A stretch of 62,931 nt of DNA, filler included, from Octopus bimaculoides (Eukaryota): the NCBI RefSeq assembly GCF_001194135.2. It is 10 parts of 9 records of this genome, joined end to end, with 100 filler letters (N's around TTAATTAATTAA, not from the genome) between each part and the next. Parts side by side here need not be neighbours in the genome. Positions count along the whole stretch, not along the records: positions 44,622 to 57,864 come from NC_068998.1; positions 57,965 to 60,562 come from NW_026431699.1; positions 60,663 to 62,931 come from NW_026305998.1; 7 more parts are not named here. The stretch is one strand, 5' to 3'. The translations under genes were made by a program, and so were the position numbers. Shown in pieces: positions 52,925 through 62,931 of the stretch (positions are counted from its first letter, which is position 1; every line of letters begins with the position of its first letter). The notes under the pieces are model-generated. The model ran no database searches, was not told the origin of the DNA, and saw only the letters and a list, made by a program, of their open reading frames with translations.

Positions 52925-53604
52925 TTGGGGAAATTTCGAACCTGGATTCTCATTCCTAAGGTAGTTTTCGATGTTATTATTATTATTGTTATTGTTCAGG
53001 TCACTGCTTGGAATCGAACTCAGAATCTTGGGGTTAGTAGGCCGCGCTCTTAACCACTATGCCATATGTCCGTGGGCAATTATGGAGTGAATCTAATATT
53101 TTCTTATCCTTCCTTAATACCGGTTCCCATATGCTATTCATATCTGCACTCAGTCTGCTTAAGAGATTGTTGTGTCCTAGCATNNNNNNNNNNNNNNNNN
53201 NNNNNNNNNNNNNNNNNNNNNNNNNNNNNNNNNNNNNNNNNNNNNNNNNNNNNNNNNNNNNNNNNNNNNNNNNNNNNNNNNNNNNNNNNNNNNNNNNNNT
53301 GGAAAATACGAAAACTAAAAGAAGCAGCACATATGCTAGGACACAACAACCTCCTAAGCAGACCGAGTGCAGATATGAGCAGCATGTGGGAACCGGTATT
53401 AAGGAAGGATAGAAAAATATTAGATTTATAAGCCCTAAAATTCACTCCATTATTGCCCATATGGCGTAGTGGTTAAGAGCATGGGCTACTAACCCCAAGA
53501 TTCCGAGTTTGATTCCAAGCAGTGACCTGAACAATAACAATAATAATAATAATAACATCAAAAAATACCTTAGGAATGAGAACCCAGGTTCAAAATTTCC
53601 CCAA

Positions 53605-53647
53605 GACACCTGAAGAAGGCTGGAGGGTATTTCAGCCGAAATGTGTT
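53605..53647 (+). ncRNA. Minimal type I hammerhead ribozyme motif (stem III / cleavage-site deletion)
   Basis: GACAC-CUGAAGA-A-GGCUG[...]CAGCC-GAAA-(CGU deleted)-UGUGUU. Confidence 0.55.
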
Positions 53648-54102
53648 AACAACAAACAAGATGAGGACAAATATCTGTCGAATGTAAATAATGTGGTTTT
53701 TGTTGTTTCACTGTGTTTCAGCTTGTGTTGTAAGTCAGTGTTTTGTAATCATTGTAGTAGAAAGATTAGGAACTCATACAGTGAAATACCATACTCCACA
53801 TTGTTTTAACATTTCAAACTTTATTTTAATTTTTTCCCATACATCTCTATTATTTGGTCTGTTCTATTTGTCTATATTTTCCTAATCAAAAGCATTCATC
53901 CTAGTGAAATTAACACATCCAGAAATCTACCCTAAATATTCTTAGAAAGTTTCATACCACCTTACTAAATAACTACTCTAATGAAAAGCTGTATAAAAAC
54001 TAGACTTTCATCATGACATCAAACATTTTCAAACTGATGTGGGACAAATAAAAAAAGTCTTTAATTATTTCTAGTTTAACTTTTGTGTGAATTGCTTTGC
54101 AG

Positions 54103-54269
54103 ATCTGTGGTGAAGCTGAAGGGGCTATGTTCACTTACCAGTTTATGAAAGATTTGAGTACAATCACTGATTTTCGTTTGAGCAAAGAGGAGGCCACAGC
54201 TCTTGCAGCTGTAAAGGGAGCAATCAGCTGTGAAGCAAAAGCTATTGTAGTAGTAACTTCTTCAGGAAA
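54103..54269 (+). CDS. PK: Pyruvate kinase-like gene, internal exon (167 nt; equivalent to PKM exon 9/10)
   Basis: ttgcag| acceptor and |gtaagt donor. ICGEAEGAMFTYQFMKDLSTITDFRLSKEEATALAAVKGAISCEAKAIVVVTSSG(K) aligns to IAREAEAA...TEATAVGAVEAS...AIIVLTKSGR and is in frame with both neighbours. Confidence 0.92.
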
Positions 54270-56324
54270 GTAAGTAACTGTTTCTACTGGCTTGGAAACA
54301 AAATTTGCTTTGTGGGTGCAAATCCAGGGTCAAAATTCTTTACAAGCAAGGTCTTATTGTTTTTTATTACTTATTTTTATTCTTTGTTTTTTGTTTTTTG
54401 TTTTTTGTTTTTTTTTTTTGAGAAGAAAACTAACTTCCAGCTACATTTTGTGCACTATTTTCTAAACCTGAGAAAAGTAAGTAGAGGTACAAATTTTGAT
54501 TTTGTACCCACCAGAAATTTTAGGTATGCTTGCACCCCATAACTGTTTTTTTTCCTTCTTCTATTACTGTTTAATGAGTTCAACATTAGTACAAAGGAAA
54601 GGGTGTAGTGTAGTTGATTAAATCAACTCTGGTACTTTATCTTATTAACCCTGGAAGGGTTAATAAAAGCAAACTTGATCTTCACAAGATTTGAACTCAG
54701 AATGTAAAGAGTAGTAATTAAATACTGTAAAGTAATTTATTCAATACTAATCATTCCACCATTTAAATACCACAAAGCAATTTATTCAACACTAATCATT
54801 CCACCATTCACAAGTAGGTTGGATGGGTTACAAAACTAAGATCCATAAAAGTCTTTGAAGATATCAACTTTCATTCCAATATGAAATGGAATTAGTAATT
54901 TGTCTTCTAATCAAATGAAGTTGAGATGAGTTATGGTTTTTTTAATTAAGTGTTTCAGTGTCTCAAACCCCACAAGCTTACTCTGCACTTTTACATAATG
55001 AGGCCGGCAATTACAAGGATTGCAAATCAAAAAATTTCATGTTAGAGTTCATAATAAATGTTCCAACCTCGTGTAAATGGCTGATCAGTCTTTAGATGGT
55101 GGTGGTCATTATTGAGCCACATACATACACAATGGAATGACAAACAGAATGGTTGGCATGTAAGGGCTATGGTCTTCTGTGCTGTGTTCCTATCTGCTAG
55201 CTGGCCTGAGGCCTAAGATAGAGCCAGTCAAGTTGCATCCTCATAGCTTGCGTGTCCATGCAGAAAAGAAGAAGAGATGAGGTCACGTGTCTGAACCTCA
55301 ATGTTGTGTAGCGCCCTCTTTCTGTATAGCCAGCTTGTTTGCCTGCTGTCAAAGGTGGTAATGCACCTACAAGTCCATACACATTTGCAATTGCAATATA
55401 ATCCCCAGACAGGATCAGCATCACATAGCTTGCATTTTGTGTTACAAGTGCAGTCCATCACCCCAAGCCCAAGGTTATGGCAGAAGACACTTATCCAGAG
55501 TGTCACAGTAACATTGAGTCTGTGACCCAATGATTGCAAGGAAAACTTAATTGTTTAACAATATCTTTACTCTCATAAATGTTCAATATAATGAATATGT
55601 GTTGGGCTTGTTATGTATGTATATGTATTTAGCAATGATTTAATGAACTTAGGAATGTATGATTCACATCAAACAGATATCAGCAGTCTTAATTTCATAC
55701 AAATTTGATGAAGTAGTGAAATGTGAGTATGCTTACAATTGCATTTTAAGGGAAAACAAGTAACTGACACTTTTTTCACTATTTTTTGAAGAAATTTAAA
55801 ACAAAATTATGAAACAAAATTTATTAAATTAGTCAACACAAATGTTATAAGTTGCATTTGAAACAAAATATATGAAGATACAGTAGCAAATAATGAACGG
55901 TCCAAGTGGCAGGTTTCAGATTTTGGCACAAGGCCTGTAATTTCGGGGAAGAGATTAAGTTAATTATATCAATCCCAGTGCATGTTTTATCAACCCCAAA
56001 AGGATGAAAGGCAAAGTCGATCTTGGCAGAATTTGAACACAGGACCTAAAGACTGACAAAATGCCACTAAGCATTTAGCCCAGTGTACTAACTATTCTGC
56101 CAACTCACTGCCTTAATTATTAACAATGAATTCAGTACCTTAATTGCTCTATTGTTGTACATAGCATTGTAAACAGAGTTCTTTATACTAAATTACAACA
56201 AAAATTATATAACTATGTATTACAAAATTAATTTCATGGATTATAATCTTTGACATGATTAAATAGAACAATTGATAATATTTAAGTATAATGTTACATG
56301 GACATTTTACATATCAATTTACAG

Positions 56325-56443
56325 ATCTGCTGCTCTCATCTCTCGTTATCGACCACGTTGCATAGTGATTGCAGTCACAAAAACACCAATTACAGCAAGG
56401 CAGCTCCATCTCTATCGTGGAGTTCTTCCATTCATTGACCAAA
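56325..56443 (+). CDS. PK: Pyruvate kinase-like gene, internal exon (119 nt; C-domain)
   Basis: ttacag| acceptor and |gtaaga donor; completes the split AA|A codon. [39 protein letters not shown] matches SA..V.RYRP.APIIAVTR..QTARQ.HLYRG. The terminal exon was not found. Confidence 0.93.
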
Positions 56444-56909
56444 GTAAGATATTTATTTTTTTAATTTCATTTTATCTAGATTCAGCTCATGAGCTGTGGC
56501 CATGCTGGGGCACCGCCATTTGAAAGAGAAACAATTAGCAGAGCGTATCTATATTTTATTTTGAAACTTAAATTCATATTACAGTCATTGAGTATTTCTT
56601 CTATGAAAATAGTCCCTCTGAACAATCCTTTATTTAAATTACTTTATAAGTCAATGTAAACAATTCTGCTTTCCAGAGATTAATCTTTTCATCTCCTATG
56701 TTTTTATATGCAAAATTTCTTATAACATTGATCAGTAAACAGTTTATACTTCTCAATCTAAAAGTCTTCAAATTCTGGTATAAAAAAATATTTTTACATT
56801 GGAAATTTAAAGAAAATTCAAAGAGAATTTTGAAAGGAAATAAAATGTTATTGCTATGAATGATATAAAACAAATCCAAGCATCCAGACTTTGGTGATAT
56901 AAAAGTGCA

Positions 56910-57185
56910 AGCCATAATTCCATTAGCCTAAATACTGAGCCATTATTTCATTATCTCATATACTGCAATGTTGGCCATAGTTCCTTTAGCCTATCATACT
57001 GCAGTATTGGCTATATTGTCATTAGCCTACATAATGTAATGTTATCCATAGTTCCCATTAGCCCAGCTACTGGAATGTTAGTCATAGTTCTATTAACCCA
57101 CCAGTTGAACTGTTGGGCAAAATTCTATTCAATTGCATACTGAAACGCTAGTCATAATTCCTTTAGCACAGAAACTGCAGCCATA
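56910..57185. repeat. Degenerate ~35-bp minisatellite, about 8 units
   Basis: Recurring gccatagttcc(c/t)(a/t)ttagcc....tactgca.tgtt. Confidence 0.75.
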
Positions 57186-57469
57186 TGTGTGTTGCTAACA
57201 ATTTTGCTTCACAACTATCTAGCTTTGGATTCAGTTCCTCTGTGCACCACCACTTTGGGCATGTACCTTTTACTATAACCCTAAGCAGACCAAACCTTTA
57301 TGAATATATTTAAGTAGAAACTGGAAAGAAGCCTGTCATTTACATATGACAGTGGACAAATGAAAGTGACACTCAGCACATTTGGCAGGAGTTACATATA
57401 TTATTTAATGACAGTCTAACTCAGCTCCATGGAAACTAATATTTCATAGGCTTCTAGATCAAACAACTT

Positions 57470-57586
57470 ATCAGGTATCTAGAGTGAGAGAGTAATAGAA
57501 TATGAGACAAATTTAAGATGGCTAACAATTAGAAGCCATCTTGACTTTGTTTCATATTCTGTCACTTTCTCTCTATGATGCCTGAT
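57470..57586 (+). other. Imperfect ~50-bp stem-loop in the intron after the last detected PK exon
   Basis: Paired by hand. Loop 57524-57533; five G-U pairs, one A-C and one U-C mismatch, two small bulges. Confidence 0.8.
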
Positions 57587-60321
57587 GGCTTCAATTCATT
57601 CTACAAGTCCATGAAACTTTGAGTTGTATAGAGCTCAGTCACACTGTTATTAAATAACAAGTGTCATCATCATCATCATCATCGTTTAACGTCTGCTTTC
57701 CATGCTAGCATGGGTTGGACGACTTGACTGAGGACTGGTGAAACCGGATGGCAACACCAGGCTCCAATCTAAATTTGGCAGAGTTTCTACAGCTAGATGC
57801 CCTTCCTAACGCCAACCACTCAGAGAGTGTAGTAGGTGCTTTTACGTGTCACCTGCACAAAGGCNNNNNNNNNNNNNNNNNNNNNNNNNNNNNNNNNNNN
57901 NNNNNNNNTTAATTAATTAANNNNNNNNNNNNNNNNNNNNNNNNNNNNNNNNNNNNNNNNNNNNATATATACACTCTTTTATTGTGGTACTTGTTTTAGT
58001 CATTTGAGTGTGGCCATGCTGGAGCATCGCTTTTAGCTGAAGAAATCGACCTCTGGACTTATACTGTGTAAGCCTGGTGCTTATTCTATCGATATCTTCT
58101 GCGGAGCCGCTATGTTACGAGGACGTAAACACACCAACATTGGTTTCTAAGCGATGGTGGGGGAACAAGCACAGACACAAATACACAAATACAAGAATAT
58201 ATACACATATAGGACGGACGTCTTTCAGTTTCCGTCAATCAAATCCACTGACATGGCTTTGGTCAGCTCAACGCTATAGTAGAAGACTGAACCCGGAACC
58301 ATGTGGTTGGGAAACAAGCTTCTTAATATACAGCCACGTCCGCACCTATATATATATNNNNNNNNNNNNNNNNNNNNNNNNNNNNNNNNNNNNNNNNNNN
58401 NNNNNNNNNNNNNNNNNNNNNNNNNNNNNNNNNNNNNNNNNNNNNNNNNNNNNNNNNNNNNNNNNNNNNNNNNNNNNNNNNNNNNNNNNNNNNNNNNNNN
58501 NNNNNNNNNNNNNNNNNNNNNNNNNNNNNNNNNNNNNNNNNNNNNNNNNNNNNNNNNNNNNNNNNNNNNNNNNNNNNNNNNNNNNNNNNNNNNNNNNNNN
58601 NNNNNNNNNNNNNNNNNNNNNNNNNNNNNNNNNNNNNNNNNNNNNNNNNNNNNNNNNNNNNNNNNNGCTTGTATGAGCGAATGTACTCGTGCCATGCAGC
58701 TTGCCCGAGGGCGTTCATACATCCATATCTGTTAACGGTTATTTTCAATACTTTTCTCGCAGTATTACGTGTTTGTTCCTCTTCTTGACATCTGCAATTT
58801 TATTTTTGATCTTCTATATATATGAAGACTTTTTCCTCCGTCTGGCTGTCTTTCTCTCTACAAAACGAAAAGTTACATTGTGGAACAGTCATTTTAACGA
58901 GTTCTTTCTGTTTATTTATCACCCGACGTGATTCATCTGCACCACTGGATGCTCCTGAACCAGTTGTTGAGTGTCCCACCCAAAGAGGAATCGATGCTAG
59001 ATATGTCGAAACAATTGTCATGATTAATAATAAATTCTTGTATATTCCATCTTCTGTCTTTCATTTGCTTTTAAATGAAGATAAGTTTGATTTGATCTAC
59101 TTTGGGAAAGAGGAAACTCTGAAATTACCATATACTCTTGCTTCGGTCAGATAGGGCATACAAAGGCGGACAGAAGAAACAACAATTAGAAGTGAAATTT
59201 TGAAGTTACGATTTTCGGAAATTTTGTTTCAGAATCGGAATCTCCATAGCCTAAAACGGGTGCGCGTGTATGTATGCACACGCGGCCCGGAGGAAGGTGA
59301 AAAATGTCCGTCGTTTTCGTGAGTCACTGCAGTAACGATGTTCGCCTCGCTCCGGAATATATAGTATTTATAAAACAAAAGTGTATGAAGAAATTTTTAT
59401 CTCAAGTGACTCCACAGCTTCATGCTTCATACACAGATGATAGTAAATGTATGTATATATCTGTGTATACACATAAATAATCACTTTATGAAAATTTGTG
59501 CTCATACAAATGCAAATATGAGTACGTGCACACGTCTGCACAAGTCGCCACTGGTTAAGTCGGCACACTATCTTACATATGATAAAACGTAATATGTTTC
59601 ACACTTCGGTCACGTTGGTAAAAGGAAACTAAAAGAAAAATGAGGTGGGAGTGATGACAATCAGAGTCGCTAAATGCAGGTAAACCGCTGAAGGAGGTTT
59701 TGCTCTGTGGTAGCTGGTATTTTAATCAAAATGAAACTGCAAATTGTTAACGTAAACTATATTTAATTTATCAATTTCGCGTGCACACACACACACAACA
59801 CACGCATATATGAAATTAAATATTAAACACTTGTTTTCTAAATATCGTACGTGTAACATTTAAAAATTATACACACGCACACATACGCACCCACATACAC
59901 ATACTCATACACATTCACACATATATATTCTTTCACTTTTTTCTTTCTTCCCTGTTAGTCTGTTTATCAATGCTTCCCCTTCCTGACACTAACTCTAATT
60001 TCTTTTTCCAAGAAAAGATAACATATTTCACAGGTCTTCGAAACAGGACGTTGTTCATGCGAAGTTACTAACATTTCTCAGAAATGTAAAGAAACATGCG
60101 CGCGCATTCACACACACACACATTAGAATGGAGCGTTTTTTTCACGATTTTCAACTTTGTGATGGGGGTAGTGCTGAAAAATTGAGAATGGGCGTCAAAA
60201 TAACTGATGTAAAATCATAGAGCTTTGCGACAATATCTTCTGTCTCTACAAATGCATCGAAAAATAGAAAAAGTGGAAAAAAAAAACGCCCTAATTATTT
60301 ATTACCTATAAAATAGTTTTC

Positions 60322-60562
60322 ATTGCATCTTCTTCGGATAGCTTTTAAATGTTTTTTCCTGTGACTTTATTTTCTGCCTCCACAAGGAAGGACATAAAAC
60401 ATTTTCTGAATTCGATAAATTACCATATTTACGATATTTTTGCATATTTCGAGGTCTTTGTGGAGGCAGAAGATGAAGTCATAGAAAAAAAAACATGTTT
60501 AAGTCGTATTTTAGAGTAATTTCATTACAGTCATTTAAAAGCTACCTGAAGAAGGTGCAATG
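60322..60562. mobile_element. Fold-back MITE-like element
   Basis: cattgcatcttcttc..atagcttttaaatg and gactt.att.tctgcctccacaa are mirrored by ttgtggaggcagaagatgaagtc and catttaaaagcta..tgaagaaggtgcaatg. Confidence 0.75.
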
Positions 60563-60661
60563 NNNNNNNNNNNNNNNNNNNNNNNNNNNNNNNNNNNNNN
60601 NNNNNNTTAATTAATTAANNNNNNNNNNNNNNNNNNNNNNNNNNNNNNNNNNNNNNNNNNN

Positions 60662-60771
60662 NGGAGAGAGAGAGAGAGATGGAGAGAGAGAGAGATGGAG
60701 AGAGAGAGAGATGGAGAGAGAGAGAATGGCTGTGGGAGAGGAGGAAAGAAAGAAGAGGAAGAAGGAAGGAA

Positions 60772-60803
<32 letters not shown>

Positions 60804-60880
60804 AAAGAAGGAAAAAGAGAAGAAAAGAAAAAGAAGCCTTAAGGTAGATAAAGAAACAGACAGACAGACAGACAAGACAT

Positions 60881-60912
<32 letters not shown>

Positions 60913-61045
60913 ACTGACATTCAGACAGACAGACAGACAGACAGATGGAGATAGAGAGAGGGGGGAGGAAGAGGGAAACAGATAGATAGAAAGACAAACA
61001 TTCAGACAGACAGACAGACAGACAAACAGACTAACAGATAGACTG

Positions 61046-61080
<35 letters not shown>

Positions 61081-61100
61081 TAGATAGATAGATAGGTTGA
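60662..61100. repeat. Purine-rich compound microsatellite (GA/GAAA/GACA/GATA)
   Basis: Read directly. Confidence 0.95.
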
Positions 61101-62018
61101 TAGATACAAAGGAACAAAAAAAAGGAAAGAAAGATGAAAGAAGCAAAGAAAGAATGAAAGAAATCTGATGAATTTATCTCTTTAAGAACTTATCTTGTTT
61201 CATCACCATAGCAATTAACCTAATTACCAGCATCATCATCATCATCATCATCATCATTATCACTACCATTATCAACGTCGTTCGTCGTCGTTGTCGTCGT
61301 CAGCATCGTGAAAAATCATCTTTGTAACCAATCATCATCAACATCATCATCAACATCATTAGGCAAGCGAGTTTTATTATCATTATTGTCGCAATGATTG
61401 GATGGCATATTTCAATCTTCGACAAATTGGTTGAAATTTCATTGGTAGAAAACTCGCTAAGTGGGGATATTTGCACAAGCAGACGATAAGAGACGAAAAT
61501 GCGGCTTTTTTCAATTGGATTGTTTCATTCGCCATTTTTAATATTGCAATCAGGTGCAATTTTTGTGTCAATCTAATGTTTCTTCTTCTAATTAGCATCA
61601 TCTAATCAACGAATGTTAATCAATAAATCAACGAATGTATTTTGTAAATACATTTCGACGCAGCCGGTTTATTTTGTTTTTTGTCTTTTTCTTTTCTTCT
61701 TATTTTTCGTTGCTATCATTATTGTCGTTAGCTCTATTATTGCTGTTGTTGTTGTTGTTGTTGTTGTTGTTCCTCTTCTTCTTCTTCTTTTGTTGTTGTT
61801 GTTGCTGAGACTGCTACTGTTTCCGTTTTGTTTTTTTTCTTTGGTTGTTTGTTGTTTGAATTGTGACTGTTTTTGATTCTTTGTTGCGTTTTTGTTGTTT
61901 GTTGTTTGTTTTATTACATCGTTAGGAAATTATTCTCATCACACTTCGGTACACATTCAATTTTCGAAACTTCTCGCAAACAACTTCTTTCTTCAAAAAC
62001 AAATCTCTCTCTCCCCCA

Positions 62019-62071
<53 letters not shown>

Positions 62072-62171
62072 NNNNNNNNNNNNNNNNNNNNNNNNNNNNN
62101 NCTCCCTCTCTCTCTGAATATGTATGTATAGATGTAAGCAATCATGCATACGGAAATCATTTTGTATATAA

Positions 62172-62215
<44 letters not shown>

Positions 62216-62260
62216 ACACGCATATATATGTATCTGTCTGTATGCATATGTATACACACA

Positions 62261-62299
<39 letters not shown>

Positions 62300-62330
62300 G
62301 CATCATACACACAGTATGAATAAACATGCA

Positions 62331-62393
<63 letters not shown>

Positions 62394-62644
62394 TTAGTAT
62401 ATACCTATGAATACNNNNNNNNNNNNNNNNNNNNNNNNNNNNNNNNNNNNNNNNNNNNNNNNNNNNNNNNNNNNNNNNNNNNNNNNNNNNNNNNNNNNNN
62501 NNNNNNNNNNNNNNNNNNNNNNNNNNNNNNNNNNNNNNNNNNNNNNNNNNNNNNNNNNNNNNNNNNNNNNNNTGTGTGTGTGTGTGTGTGTATGTGTATA
62601 CACGCATATATATGTATCTGTCTGTATGCATATGTATACACACA

Positions 62645-62693
<49 letters not shown>

Positions 62694-62931
62694 AATACAT
62701 CTGCGCGTGTGTGTATAGCTATTTCGTGCGACGTCGTCATCGGAGAAGATTAGAACGAATAGATATCTTCACACATATACAGACACGTGTTTCGTGAAAC
62801 CAAACGAAAGGTGTAAATAGACTTGCACACATTCCCAGCAACGAAAATTACCACTCAGTCACGTAGACGTACAAAACACGCGCACACACGCACACTACAT
62901 ACATACATACATACATACATACATACATACA

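Larger units (their letters stand above)
52800..53695. mobile_element. Head-to-head inverted pair of Penelope-like 3' ends
   Basis: 52835-53183 is the reverse complement of ~53330-53695, with scattered differences. The right arm encodes a GIY-YIG-type C-terminus WKIRKLKEAAHML..NLLSRPS..MSSMWEPVL*. Confidence 0.8.

Noticed and set aside
53455-53525. tRNA genes (also heads at 26858, 28843, 31873)
   Set aside because: A/B boxes only, with no complete acceptor stem, and they continue into repeat bodies. These are SINE heads.
48999-54102. A mutually exclusive duplicate of the 167-nt exon (PKM1/PKM2-like)
   Set aside because: No second IC.EAE-like exon seen in this intron.
56480-56523. Possible PK terminal exon [14 protein letters not shown]
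   Set aside because: Would need a 36-nt intron, lacks PK C-terminal motifs, and is the reverse complement of a SINE tail (gctgtggccatgctggggcaccgcc).
1-62931. CRISPR array, rRNA, prokaryotic operon or viral insert
   Set aside because: No repeat-spacer structure, rRNA similarity or gene-dense segment. Recurrent repeats are SINEs and microsatellites.

Overview
AT-rich, microsatellite-dense, gappy animal genomic DNA. The SINE/LINE repertoire looks like that of Octopus; the species is inferred from remembered repeat families, not from a search. The only host gene I can support is four + strand exons of a divergent pyruvate-kinase-like gene (47321-56443). The first three exon lengths match human PKM exons 7, 8 and 9/10 as I recall them. 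The protein carries Asn at the Mg2+-binding Asp296 position, plus other changes at conserved sites. The rest is mostly mobile-element debris: head-to-tail arrays of R4/Dong-type LINE fragments and an unclassified ~550-600 bp element sitting in (AAT)n tracts; RTE, CR1/L2 and Penelope remnants (one an inverted pair with hammerhead-ribozyme cores); mariner and pogo/Tigger relics; fold-back MITEs; and many tRNA-derived SINEs. Nine TTAATTAATTAA-in-N spacers are artificial contig joins. Most ORFs in the supplied track are microsatellite or gap artefacts. All family assignments come from motif recognition by eye.
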